Shown piece after piece: positions 50,716 to 64,000 of a stretch of DNA of 64,000 bases. Every line of letters begins with the position of its first letter. Positions within the stretch are counted from its first letter, which is position 1. The stretch covers positions 4,836,001-4,900,000 of the forward strand of contig NC_043020.1 in assembly GCF_006345805.1 (NCBI RefSeq), given 5' to 3'. The DNA comes from Octopus sinensis (Eukaryota). The translations under genes were made by a program, and so were the position numbers. A model generated the notes under the pieces. The model made no database searches. It saw only the letters and a list, made by a program, of their open reading frames with translations, and was not told the origin of the DNA.

Positions 50716-51034
50716 GCATTTAGGTAAACTTTGGGTAGAATCAACATGATTATGGGTACGATAAGGTCTGCCCTTTTAAATCACAATTGAAGCCCTGTGT
50801 GATGGGCTTCTATAAGCAGGTTCGGATTTACTAACAAATAATTGAGTCAATCCTTAAAGTAAGATGGCTGGAGCCCTTAAGACATGCGTGAAGAAATGTG
50901 AACCTTACGATGTGGCTTGAGCATCTTTACGTCTGAATGAGACTCACCCCTCTGCAGGAATGAACACAGGTGTTTCTTTCCAGAGAGAAGCGGGGAAGTT
51001 TAGTGGCGGTTACTGTTGTTGATGCTGTTGCTGT

Positions 51035-51394
51035 TGAGCGAAGCGGTCTTCGTCCCAGAGCTCGCAAGATGGGAGAAGTCCGAAGCGTGGTCCTTTGCTA
51101 TTCGTAAGACCCGCAGAAGAGAAAGCAGGTCAACCCCCGACACCGAGAGCATCGACGGATGGATGAATGCGCATCCAGGCTCAGCGGTTGCGTAGGAAGT
51201 CGGGGACAAGAAACAGGAAGAAAGAGTGAGAGAAAGTTGGAGCGAAAGAGTACAACAGGGGTCGCCACCACCCCCTACCGGAGCCTTAGGTATTTTCGCT
51301 CAATAAACACACACAACGCCTGGTCTGGGAATCGAAACCGCGATCCTCCGACCGCGAGTCCGCTGCACTAACCACTGGGCCATTGCGCCTCCAC
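51035..51394 (-). mobile_element. tRNA-derived SINE with family C head and a different 3' tail
   Basis: Head about identical to 850-950. The 3' part is unrelated to that of 655-790 and ends in AAC/AGC repeats. Confidence 0.75.
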
Positions 51395-51899
51395 TACTGT
51401 TGCTGACGATGTAGTTAGTGTTCTGTTGTAGTTTATCTTTTCTATTTTTGTATTGTTTTATTGCTATTCTTGGCCACTTCTCCTCTCCTCTTTCTTCCTT
51501 AGCTTATGTATACAGAAGGCTTTCAGAAGTTTGAGTGGTATCTAGGTTTTCAACCTTCCACCATCGCTTGCAGCTCGGACTCATTTGATTGGGAGATGAG
51601 GTCAAGGATGTTTTCAGATGTTAGGGTTTATATGGAGAGAGACTTCCAGTGCGATACCAAACAAGTTCTTGTTCTTTTAACCTCATCAGTATATCACTCT
51701 CCTCCAACACTATGCAGCCAAGATCCACCAAATATCCAGATCTAGTGGGAGCCCCCCTGACATGGTTAGTGTCATCTTCATAAAATATCGGTAAATATGG
51801 CATACATTCAATAATTATAATTTATCAAATATCTGTGTGCTCACAGAACATGAAAAAATGAATACTGAACCCTGCAAAGTTCATCAGTGCATTCACTGA

Positions 51900-52895
51900 A
51901 TCCTTCGTAGTTGGAAAAATAAAATATGATTTCTTCAAAACTTTGGTATATATTTTATTAGTGCACAAAATGAACCATGCATCGGTTGCACACAAAATCA
52001 CTCCGTTCAAAGAACAAAACCAACAAAACATGAATTTCTTACGAAAACAAACCTTAAAGATTATTTACTGCAAATAACTGTGGTCTTTCAGATACAAGTT
52101 CAGAAATGTACAGCTTCACCTTGGCAAGTGTCACTCTCATATCATTTTCGCAACAAAGTCTGTTCCTTTTTTTTAGTTTTCATGTATGTCTACCATCTTC
52201 AAAAACGATTGCTCACAAAGATACGTTATAACAAACGGTGTAAGTATCTCAAGGGCTTTCTTAGTAATAAAAGGGTACGATTTGGTGACCCCAAACCGTT
52301 AAGAGCGTTGTTGTTCTGAAGAGATGCCGTTGAAGTTGGCGCTACTGAAGTTTAATGATTTCGTCGAGGTATTCATCGTTGACGTCTGCTGTCGCAACAC
52401 TAAACATGAACAGTTGTCTCACCCATGCTGGATATGACTCTCTGGTGGGGAAGTATCCGTCAAGACACTTTGCGACCTCATCTAAGTGCATGGCAATAAC
52501 TTCCTTCAGTTCCCCAGGTGCAGAAGTGTCTCTAATTCCAGACAAGTCTTCGAGCTTAATTACACAGTCGTCTCGCAGGGGAAAGTTTGTGAAGTTATCA
52601 TTTTCTGTTCGTCGGTTCCATAAAGGTAGCTTTTATTAAACGCCTTCAGGTTTTCTTCCGCTTCAATGTTGCTGACTCCACCGCCTAGCATCTGTCGTTC
52701 GTACGCCAAAATGAGAATGAATTCAGAATGTTCGAAGCAATATGCGTGATAATGTTGGTTCTCTCGCAAAAACAGGGTTAATTCCACACGCATGGCAAAA
52801 CCACGATCCAGCACCTTTACCCCGGATAACCAGCAAACATTAGAATGGTACAGGAGTGCCCAGAATGCAGAGCCCATTTCATTAGAAATCGCGCT
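51900..52895 (-). mobile_element. hAT transposase relic (Buster/Charlie, ZBED5/GTF2IRD2-like)
   Basis: LLYHSNVCWLSGVKVLDR (cf. LLYHTEVRWLSRGKVL) and C-terminal ALEILTPFVITYLCEQSF...KKRNRLCCENDMRV dimerisation region; frameshifted. Confidence 0.9.
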
Positions 52896-52934
52896 TGAAG
52901 ATGCGTTGCTTCATAGCTCTATTTCGCACGCAGT

Positions 52935-53005
52935 ATGATGAAGATGATGATGACGACGACGACGACGATGATGATGAGGATGATGATGATGATGATGATA
53001 ATGAC

Positions 53006-53042
<37 letters not shown>

Positions 53043-53194
53043 ATGACGATGATGATGATGATGATGATGATGACGACGACGATGATGATGAGGATGATGA
53101 TGATGATGATGATATGACGACGACGACGACGATGATGATATTGATGATGATGATGACGATGATGATTATGACGACGATGATGATGATGATGATG

Positions 53195-53227
<33 letters not shown>

Positions 53228-53310
53228 AAGATGGTGATGATTATTATGATGATGATGATGATGATGACGATGATGATGATGATGATGATGATGATGAGAA
53301 TGATGATTAT

Positions 53311-53341
<31 letters not shown>

Positions 53342-53588
53342 CGAGACGATGATGATGATGATGACGATGATGATGATGAAGATGGTGATGATGAAGATGA
53401 TGATTATGACGACGATGATGATGATGATGATGACGTTGATGATGGAGATGATGATGATTATGATGATGATATGATGATGATGATGATGATGATGATGACG
53501 ATGATGATGATGATGACGATGATGATGATGAAGATGGTGATGATGAAGATGATGATCATGACGACGATGATGATGATGATGATGACGT

Positions 53589-53627
<39 letters not shown>

Positions 53628-54070
53628 CGATGATGATGATGACGATGATGATGATGAAGATGGTGATGATGATGATGATGATGATGACGATGATGATGAT
53701 GATGATGATGATGACGTTGATATGGAGATGATGATGATGATGATGATATGATGATGATGATATGATGATGATGACGATGATGATGATGATGACGATGATG
53801 ATGATGAAGATGATGTGATGGAAGGTGGTGATGATGAAGATGGTGATGATGAAGGTGGTGATGATGAAGATGGTGATGATGAAGGTGGTGATGATGGCGA
53901 TGCTACTGCTGATGGTTATGATGTTACTGCTTATGGTGATTGTGAAGTCGACTACGACGATGACAACAACGACGACGAAAAAAACAATGATGATGATGAT
54001 GATGATGATGGCGGTGGTGATCGTGGTGGTGATTGTGGCGATGCTGCTGCTGCTGATGATGATGATGATT
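52935..54070. repeat. ~1.1-kb (GAT)n array with higher-order repeats
   Basis: Direct reading. Confidence 0.95.
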
Positions 54071-54586
54071 AGATTTAGAATTAAGAGAGAGATTGCACTT
54101 TAAATGTAATTATCGACGGCCGTGGAATGTTGGAAGCAAATCAGCGGAAACTGGGACGGGGGTGGGGTGAGTGGGAGGGAGGGCAAATGGTTGTTGTTGT
54201 TGTTGTTGTTATGGTAGTGGTAGTAGTGGTTGGCGGCATCGACGCATTCATGTGAGCATTTAGTAATTTTAACAGTGTTGATGATGATGATGATGATGAT
54301 GATGGTGGTGGTCATGGTGGTGGTGGTAGTTGTGGTGGTGGTGGTGGTGGTGGTGAAGGCGATGATGATACTTGTGTATAAAGCTGTAGATGTAGCTGTT
54401 GTTGGTGGTGGTGGCGGTGGTGGTGGTGGTGGTGGTAGTGATGCTAGTATATACATATATATATACTCACTACTTGAACAAAACTTGACTTAAACAGGAT
54501 TCGAATAATCCTATCAGGTGGTGCTATTAAGTTAGACATGGCCTGGACCAATCTCTGGTCGAAACATATCTAAGTTTTATCTAAGT

Positions 54587-54619
<33 letters not shown>

Positions 54620-54753
54620 CTATATATATATATATATATGTATATGTACACACATAGTATTATATTATATATATATATATAGATATGTATAATATACGTA
54701 TATAATGTGCATATATATATATATATATATAATATTAATATGTGTGTGTGTAT

Positions 54754-54930
54754 AGGTGCAGGCGTGGCTGTGTGGTAAGAAGCTTCCTTCCCAATCACAT
54801 GGTTCTAGTTTCAGTCCCACTGTGTGGCATATGTCCTCTATTATAGCTTCAGGTCGACCAAACACTTGTGAGTGGATTTGACAGATATGTGTCCGCGTGT
54901 GTGTGCGTATGTATATATCTATATGTGTAC

Positions 54931-54968
<38 letters not shown>

Positions 54969-55322
54969 ATGTATATGAGTGTATATATGTGTGTGTATGT
55001 ATATATATGTATATATGTATATATATGTGTATATACGTGTGTATAAATATATGTATATTTATACACATTTATATATACATGTATATATATATATATATAT
55101 GTGTGTGTGTGGGGGGGGTATTTGTGTGTCTCTGTTTGTCTGCCACAGCTTGACAACCGGTATTTGTTCGTTTACATTCCCTGTAACCTAGCGGTTTGAC
55201 AAACGAGCCCAACCCAATAGGTACCAAACTTTGCTGGGGTCAATTCGTTTGACTGGAAAACTTTGCAAATCGGTACCCCAGCATGGCCGCAGTCTAATGA
55301 CTGAAACAAGTAACAGATACAA
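54754..55322 (+). mobile_element. SINE family A, full length with expanded internal microsatellite
   Basis: Head AGGTGCAGGCGTGGCTGTGTGGTAAG; tail CGGTACCCCAGCATGGCCGCAGTCTAATGACTGAAACAAGT. Confidence 0.88.
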
Positions 55323-55405
55323 GATATATATCTATGTGTGTGTGTGTGTGTGCGTGTGGTGTGTGTGCGTGCGTGTGTGTGTATGTATGTATGTATATGT
55401 GTGTG

Positions 55406-55436
<31 letters not shown>

Positions 55437-55975
55437 ATGTATATATGTATATATATATATATGTGTGATTGTATGTACGTATGTATATATGTATATATGT
55501 GTCTATATATGTATATGTGTATATATATGTTTTATCTATGAATATGTGTATATATGTGTGTATTATATATATGTATATTTATATATATATACACATATAT
55601 ATATACATATATATATATATGTAATATACGTATATATATGTATAATGTATATATATATTACATACATACATATATATATATATAATATATATACTATTAT
55701 ACATACATTATATGTATATATATATACATATATATATATGTATATATATATATAATATACATTATATATGTATATATGTATATTGTGTTGTGGTATGTGT
55801 ATAGAAGAGATGACGCAAATGTGATGTACCATCGTATAGTATTGGTGATGATGGTAGTGGTGTTGGAGGTGGTGGTGGTGGTGGTGCGTGTCTACATCTG
55901 AGCATTCGACGTTGTTCATGGCGATGGTGGTGGCGGTGGGGTTGCTGGTGATGGAAGATTTTTTTCGGAGGAGAA

Positions 55976-56026
<51 letters not shown>

Positions 56027-57166
56027 CAGATTGACAGACAGACAGACAGACACAGACAGAGAGAGAGCATCATACTTAAGATTAACAAAGTGTGGCGGGT
56101 GGTAGCTGAGGTGGCCGTAGTGGTGGTGGTGGAGGTAATGGTGGTGGTGGTGATGGTGCTAGTGGTATGTGGCGGGTGGGGGTAGGGGTTCGAAATCTGC
56201 ATCAATTAAGACACACTTAAAAGATGCTATCATTAAGACACCAATCTCAAGTGCTTCCCCGTGTGTGTCTGTGTGTGTGTGTGTGTGCGTGTGTGTGTGT
56301 ATGTGTGTATTGTGTGTGTGTGTGTGTGTGCGTGTGTATGTGTGTGTGCGTGTGTATGTGTGTGTGTGTATGTGTGTGTGTGTGCGTGTGTGTGTGCGTG
56401 TGTGTGTATGTGTATGTGCGTGTGTGTGTACGCGCTTGTTTTCAATCGGCCTCCACACCCCCTCCCCTCGCTCGTAGATTCTCGCCCCCTCACACCTCAA
56501 CCACACCCACCCACCCATCCACCCAGTCTTTCCCTCCAACCACATCTTCCTTCTGTCTCTTCCTCCACCTCCTCCTCACTTTTTTTTTACATTTACATCG
56601 AACTCTCCACACCATCAACCACCACCGCCACCACCACCACCACCTACACCACCACCACCACCACCACCAACACCAACACCAACACTACCGCCACCATCAC
56701 CACCACCACCACCACCACCCCACCACCACCACCACCACCACCACCACCACCACGCCCCACCACCACCCCACCACCACCGCCACCACCACACCACCATTGC
56801 CGCCGCCGCCACCGCCGCCACCGCCTTCTTGCTTTGTTTACGTTTTATACGTTTATTTGATTCGACTTAACGCTAAGATGGTGGTTGTGGTGGTGGTGGT
56901 AGTGGTGGTGGTGGTGGTAGTGGTGAAGGTAGGAAAGGCGGGGCGGTTAGTGAAAGGGTGGGTAACGTCGCTGCAAGGATTGGAGGGTGATGGTTGACCT
57001 GACCCTTTGGCGGGATGTTGGAAGTGGCAGTTGGGGTGGTGGGGATGGGATGGGATGGTGGGGAGAGTTGGTATGGTGGGATGTGGATATTGAATCAAAC
57101 GTCTCATTAGATTTTCGGCAGTAAAAGCGCTGTTAGATACTCTGACATAGAGAGAGGCTGAGAGAC

Positions 57167-57224
<58 letters not shown>

Positions 57225-57395
57225 GAAAGGATAGACAAACAGATAGATATAGAGACAGACAGAAAATGTATGAGAAATCTAAGTCGGGAGGAAATATATC
57301 TATCTATCTAAATATCTATATTTAAATTTAATCATATGTATTAATATATATATTATATATATATATATATATATATCATACCACACACATATATA

Positions 57396-57462
<67 letters not shown>

Positions 57463-57618
57463 TATAGATTAATAGTAATTGAAAACAACAAAGAAAGACC
57501 CTCGATATATTATGTACATACAGGAATTAATCTGTAATATAATATGTGACAATTATTCAGTTGCAATAACAAAACTCGAGTTTCAGATGTCGGCGGTCAA
57601 CATATAATATTACAGATG

Positions 57619-57670
<52 letters not shown>

Positions 57671-57735
57671 ATAAGACATGAGATAAAAAAAATCCAAGGC
57701 TGTGAATAGTTTCCAGAACATTTACTAAGAAAAGG

Positions 57736-57781
57736 TCTTACAGCTGTTTCCGGAATATTTTATGTATCCCTTCATCAGAGA
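57736..57781 (-). ncRNA. Minimal type I hammerhead-ribozyme-like motif (Penelope-like element type)
   Basis: Minus strand UCU-CUGAUGA-A-GGGAUA cauaaaa UAUUCC-G-GAAA-CAGCUG-UA-AGA: stem I UCU/AGA, intact core, 6-bp stem II and palindromic stem III. An A-G pair sits at the base of stem II. Confidence 0.55.
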
Positions 57782-57826
57782 CGGTGCGAGAAAACATTTT
57801 CTCGCACCATCTCTGATGAAGGGATA
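57765..57826. repeat. Fold-back hairpin, 30-bp arms, 2-nt loop
   Basis: TATCCCTTCATCAGAGACGGTGCGAGAAAA-CA-TTTTCTCGCACCATCTCTGATGAAGGGATA, one mismatch. Confidence 0.95.
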
Positions 57827-58140
57827 TAACGTCCTCCTTCCATGCTGGCATGGGTTGGACGGTTTGACAGGAGCTGGCCAGACAGAAAACTACACCATAC
57901 TTCTGTGCCTGTTTTGGAACGATTTTTATGGCTGGCTGGCCTTTCTAACAACAACCACCAAGCAGAGTGGACTGGGTGCTTTCAACATGGCACCAGCATC
58001 TGCAGGGTCACCAAGTAACTTTGAGAGGGGAGAGGGTATTGTAGGAAGCGATCTTGCGTCAAATGATGAACGATTAGAGTGTGGGAGAGAGACAGAAATA
58101 AGTGTCTTACCGTAGGGGAAGTACATAGATACCCAGCCAG
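57827..58140. mobile_element. RTE-type LINE/SINE terminal fragment
   Basis: AACGTCCTCCTTCCATGCTGGCATGGGTTGGACG...TTTTTATGGCTGGCTGGCCTTTCTAAC resembles the reverse complement of RTE 3' UTR ends (GGAAGGGCATCCAGCCGTAAAAA). Confidence 0.55.
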
Positions 58141-58299
58141 AGAGAGGGGTAGAGAGGGAGAGAACGATACAAGGAGGGGAGAAAGAGAGAGAAAGAAAAA
58201 AAGAGGAAGAGAGAGTTAATAAGAAAGAGGACAGGCACAGGTGTGTTGCTGTAAAGGATACACAGTGCTGGGACAAATATAGAGAATCCCCTTGTAATT

Positions 58300-58712
58300 G
58301 AATGCATACAGAAATAGCAACACAAGGGATACTAGTGGAACATCCCCATCAAATCCTCTTACAAGAGCAAGAATAACAGGCCAGACATTGTTATTTGGGA
58401 CAGGCAAGAAAATGCATGTGACGACATAGAAGTCAACTGTCCTGCTGATGTGAATATCTCTTTGAAAACCAAAGAGGATGACTATGGATAACTGCTTCAA
58501 AGCCTTCAGTTTCTATATCCAGATTATAAATTCTCAATTATACCTTAAATAATTTGTGCATTTTGTTTTGTGCGTAAATGCAAAATTGATAATATGTCTA
58601 AGCTAGGGTTTTCAGAAAAAGAAATCAATCATTTAACTCAGATATAACAAATGCAATCTGTAAGTGGAACAATAAAATGATGCAAGACTTTTCTCAAATT
58701 TACAATGTGAAG
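58300..58712 (+). mobile_element. RLE-type non-LTR retrotransposon 3' fragment (second family)
   Basis: Broken peptide WNIPIK...NNRPDIVIWDRQ...IEVNCPADVNISLK...LQFLYPDYKF, a PD-(D/E)XK endonuclease region. Confidence 0.75.
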
Positions 58713-58839
58713 CTGTTTTCGTTATCTACATTCCAAAGATGGAGTTTTGTATCTTTGTTAGAAACCAGTTTCTTCCTGGCTGGATAATCAATAATTAATA
58801 ATAGAAGAGAACGTATATGCATGCACACATGCATACATA

Positions 58840-59216
58840 AATTCATATAAATGCATAAATACATACTACATACTTACATACACACATATACATACACACA
58901 TGCATGCCTGTACATACGTACATACACATACGTACATATACACACACATATGTATATATATATATACACATACATGTAGGCATGCACGCATACATAATTA
59001 CATCCATACATACATGCATACATACATACATATAGACATACGTACATACACATACATGCACACATATATACATACATATATACATACATACATGTATGCA
59101 TGCACGCATACATAAATACAACCATCCATATATGCATATATGCATACATACACACATACATACATACATACATACATACATACATACATACATACATACA
59201 TACATACATACATACA

Positions 59217-59248
<32 letters not shown>

Positions 59249-59430
59249 GACATACATACATACACATACATGCACACATATATACATACATATATACACA
59301 CATACATATAGGCATGCACGCATACATAAATACAGCCATCCTTACATGCATACATACATACATACACACATACATACATACATACATACATACATACATA
59401 CATACATACATACATGCATACATACACGCA
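58840..59430. repeat. Compound (ATAC)n minisatellite with duplicated higher-order units
   Basis: AGGCATGCACGCATACATAA-type anchors recur. Confidence 0.85.
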
Positions 59431-59645
59431 TATTAGTCTGGTCTCTAGAACACTTGATGTAATAAGCCAATGTATTTTAATTCATTAGAAGTGCACTCTT
59501 AGTGACGAGAGCCATTCGTTATCTTAATTAGCGAACCTGGTCCAAAACAGGGAGGGGGAGACAACTGCAGAAATTAAATATGAAAAGCAACGTGAAGTGT
59601 CGCCTGTTCATATCTATGTGTGTGCGTGCGTGCGTGTGTAAGTGT

Positions 59646-59682
<37 letters not shown>

Positions 59683-59936
59683 TGCTTTACACCCTTTCAC
59701 GGTCGTTGAAATACGTACAAGCCGCATACTGAAGTCCATGCCGGGGAATTGTTCCCTACGCTCGTAATTGCGGGCCTTGTGCCAAAAATTGAAGCAAAAG
59801 CAGCGAGATGATGGAATCGGTAAGACTTCGGACAAAACGCTTAACAGCGTTTCCTCTTAATCAGTAAGTCTAGGGCTCAAATTTTACCGAAAGGCTTTGA
59901 GACTGCTGGGCGTCGATTCAATAAAGCACTACTTGA

Positions 59937-59980
<44 letters not shown>

Positions 59981-59987
59981 TATGCAT

Positions 59988-60320
59988 GTGGAGATGCAAT
60001 GGTCGTGTTCGTAGTTTTCAATTCCCAGACCTCGCGTTGGAGTGTAAACACCGAAAGCTCCTTGTGGTTCCGGTAGGGGGTGGGTGGCGAACCCTGCTGT
60101 ACTCTTTCATCACAACTTTCTCTCACTCTGTAGTACTTATATTTCAAAGGGCCGGCCTTGTCGCATTGGGTTTCATGCTGAATTTCCCCGAGAACTAAGT
60201 CAAGGGTACAGTTGTCGGTGGAGTGCTCAACCATTTGTACGTGAATTTCACGAGCAGGCTGTTCTGCTGATCGGATCAGCTTGATCACTCGTCGTCGTAA
60301 CCGACGGAGCGCCGCGACGA
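59988..60320 (+). mobile_element. SINE with C-like head and D-like tail
   Basis: GTGGAGATGCAATGG...TTTCAATTCCCAGACC head; tail TTTCACGAGCAGGCTGTTCTGCTGATCGGATCAGC...TCGTCGTAACCGACGGAG. Confidence 0.65.
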
Positions 60321-60508
60321 TATATGCATACATATATATATAAGTGTATATATATATATATATTCATATATATGTATATATATATATATATATATTTATT
60401 TATATATATATATTTATACACACACACATACACACACTCACACACCACACACACACACTCACACACACACACATATGTATATATATGTATGTATATACAT
60501 ATATTAAT

Positions 60509-60561
<53 letters not shown>

Positions 60562-60842
60562 GTAGGATATAAGATCAGAGCCAAGGCTCGAAGACAACCA
60601 GATACTCACAATAAGGATCCACACGAGCAATGCAATGAACCTATAAGAAATAGGTTTACCGTTGCGTTGAAGACATCAGTAAGTAATGTATATTTCAAAA
60701 CCAATTGAAATCAACACAAAGGTAAGACTATTTCTCAAACTTCGATCACCTGACAACAATAGTACCAAATTTTACGCACTCATGCGCAGAAGACAGTGTG
60801 ACAATAATAAAGATATGTCATGGCGAAAATTGTTGACTTCCC

Positions 60843-60943
<101 letters not shown>

Positions 60944-60958
60944 TATATATACATATAT

Positions 60959-61005
<47 letters not shown>

Positions 61006-61029
61006 TATACACACGCTTGTGCATCTGAG

Positions 61030-61210
61030 TTTTTCCCCTACCATCACTTGAGAACCGATGTTGTTGTGTTTACGTCCCCGTATCTTAGCGTATTTTAGAA
61101 TAAATACAAGGCTTACAAAGAATAAATCCTGGGGTCGATTTGTTCGACAAAAGGCGGTGCTCCAGCAATGCCGCAGTCAGATGACCGAAACAAGTAAAAG
61201 AGTAAAAGAA
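61030..61210 (+). mobile_element. SINE family A 3' half
   Basis: GTTTACGTCCCCG...CCTGGGGTCGATTTGTTCGAC...GGCGGTGCTCCAGCAATG...AAGTAAAAGAGTAAAAGA. Confidence 0.85.
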
Positions 61211-61639
61211 CAGAATACACAAACACACACACACACACACACACACATGCAAGCATGCGTGTGTGTCTCTGTACTTGTATGTGCGCATGCGCATTTTGAA
61301 GGATAATAGTGTCACTAAAGAAACCCTACCAGCTACACCAACCTACCCACCATGTTTCTACACCTTCACTTCTGGATTCGTTTATGGGGAGGAAGAAGAG
61401 GAGGAAGGAAAAGGTGCAAACGCGGGGTGATACTTGCGAAGAGTTGCTCTGGTGCGCATGTGTATGTGTGTGTATCTTGCATGTATGTATACATACACAT
61501 ATACACGCAGACACACATACACATATATGATATTATATGTATATATATATATATATTTTATACATGTATATATGTGTATATATATGTGTATATATATGCA
61601 TATATGTATTCCTAAAAATGTGTATGTAATTATATATAT

Positions 61640-61673
<34 letters not shown>

Positions 61674-62159
61674 ATATATATACATACATACACAAACACA
61701 CACACCACACACACATATATATATGTCTGTATTTTTGTGTACGTGTGTGTATATGTGTGCGTAATTTTTCTGATTACAAGAAAGGCTAATTTTCTAAAGG
61801 TATATACATATACCCCCCTGCCGCACACGCACACACACACACATATAAATATGTGTGTATATATGTATAATTTTATATATACGTGTGTTTATACATATAT
61901 ATATGTGCATGTGTTATATTATATATATGTACATATATATATATGTGTGATTATATATATATATATATGTGTGTGTGTGTGGTGTGTGTGTGTGTGTGTA
62001 TATATACGTCATCTTTTCAAATTGGTTATTTTAGTTTCTTCTTGGCTTTCTGTATTAAACAGTTGACAAAAGCTGCAATAGTTGTCACCAGAATTTCATA
62101 GAATTCTAAGGAATGCAACGCAAAAAAAAAAACATTGCGACACAGATACGAGCAAACAA

Positions 62160-62190
62160 GCAAACAACAACAATAACAACAACAACAAGA

Positions 62191-62260
<70 letters not shown>

Positions 62261-62668
62261 TAATAATAATAATGATGATGATGATGATGTAGGCGATAAT
62301 AATATCACTCGTAATAACTGTGATAACAATAATAAGGCTAACAATATTAGTACAAATGATAACAATAGGAACACGACTAATACTAACAAGTGGAAAAATA
62401 ATAACGGTAACAATAATGATAACAAGAAAAGTACTTATAAAATTATATAAATATAACTACTACTAATAATAATGATAGCACTAAAAATAATAATGTATAG
62501 TGCAAAATATACGATTAATAATACTATTGGTCATAATGATGCTAACAATAGTAAGAATAATAATAATAATAATAATAATAATAGTGATAATTGTGCTACT
62601 AATATCAATAATTGTAGGAAGAAGGGGAACAATAGCAACAGCAATAATAACAATACCAAAAACAGTAT

Positions 62669-62700
<32 letters not shown>

Positions 62701-62721
62701 ATAACAATAATATAATATATA

Positions 62722-62754
<33 letters not shown>

Positions 62755-62812
62755 ACAACAATAATAATATATAATAATAATAATAATATAATAATGATGG
62801 TGATGTTTGATG

Positions 62813-62843
<31 letters not shown>

Positions 62844-62982
62844 AATAATAACAATAATAATAATAATAAAACAAATAGTAATAATGACTATAAGAATAAT
62901 AATAGGGACAATAATAATGACAACAGCAAGAAGTAAACAATAACCACAATAATATTAGTAACCATAATGAGAATGTTTTCTT

Positions 62983-63032
<50 letters not shown>

Positions 63033-63045
63033 ATACTAATACTAC

Positions 63046-63085
<40 letters not shown>

Positions 63086-63385
63086 TATAACAACAAAACG
63101 ATGACAAATATAGAAGAAAATGGAAAAATTAGCAAAATAAGCTTATACAAACAGCGCCAATAACAGTAATTATAGTAGCAATAACATTAGCAACAACAAT
63201 AGCACTAGCGATATAAACAGCAATAAAAAGAAAATGGTAAACAAGCATATATATAATCATAAACGAACTGCGACGATGGTAGGAACAACAACGGGGACAA
63301 AAATAGCAACAATAAATGCAACAACATTACCAACAACAAAAGTATAACAGACGACAACACCAACAGCGACAATGACAAAACTACC

Positions 63386-63417
<32 letters not shown>

Positions 63418-63450
63418 CAACGACGACGACAACAACAACAACAACGATAA
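62160..63450. repeat. (AAT)n/(AAC)n/(ACT)n low-complexity tract
   Basis: Direct reading. Confidence 0.9.
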
Positions 63451-64000
63451 TAAAACATTGTTAAAAATTCAAGAATGCAAGAAGTTACAATGACAACAAG
63501 GAAACGAAAAGTGAAGAGATCAAGAAATACAAAAGGAAAAAAAAATCAATTGACGAAAAATTATGAAAAGAAATCAATATTAGAAAACTAGAATAGGAAC
63601 AAAAGATGACGAAAGAATGTGGTGTAAGGAGTAAATTGTATGTTTTGTGGTTGGTTGAAAGATCGGATTAAGTGTGAAACTCTGATTAGCAACGAAACAA
63701 GGGAATGAATCACCTACAGTGAACAAAGGCGCGCTCACAAACAAACATAACACACACACACAATACACATATGTATGTATTTGTATACGTCTATATACAT
63801 ATATATACATACGTACATACATACATAACATACATATATATATATATATGTATATGCATGTATATATATATATATATATATATCTATATATATATATATG
63901 TATCTATATACATATATATATATATGTATATATATATGTGTACATATATATATGTATGTATATATACATAAATACATATATATATATATATATATGTATC

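Noticed and set aside
51500-51790. Possible degraded LINE fragment on the minus strand
   Set aside because: Stops in all frames and no motif I can assign with confidence.
52895-54103. Asp-rich ORFs resembling biomineralisation proteins
   Set aside because: A (GAT)n array with frame slips, abutting a transposon relic, with no signal peptide or exon boundaries.

Overview
AT-rich eukaryotic (animal) genomic DNA dominated by repeats. The SINE, LINE and DNA-transposon repertoire is of the kind I recall from octopus/coleoid cephalopod genomes; this is recognition, not a database hit. I cannot support any host protein-coding gene. Almost every ORF in the track is a translation of microsatellites or a decayed transposon fragment. 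Supported content: many tRNA-derived SINE copies (informal labels A-E are mine), three copies of one CR1/L2-group LINE whose 3' end is shared with SINE-A, an internally deleted R4/Dong-type LINE between AAT-rich arrays, and a second RLE-LINE fragment. DNA transposons include a near-complete Tc1 (DD34E, ~217-bp IR/DR termini), two mariner relics, a maT/DD37D relic, a hAT (Buster/Charlie-like) relic, a Helentron-type non-autonomous element and MITE/foldback elements. There is also a 100-N assembly gap. The most interesting signals are (1) minimal type I hammerhead-ribozyme-like motifs in short TA-embedded, Penelope-like elements, (2) a recurring set of near-zero-spacer fold-back palindromes, several beside those motifs, and (3) an orphan promoter-like module (CCAAT x3, CRE, TATA, Kozak ATG) at ~13.5-13.7 kb.
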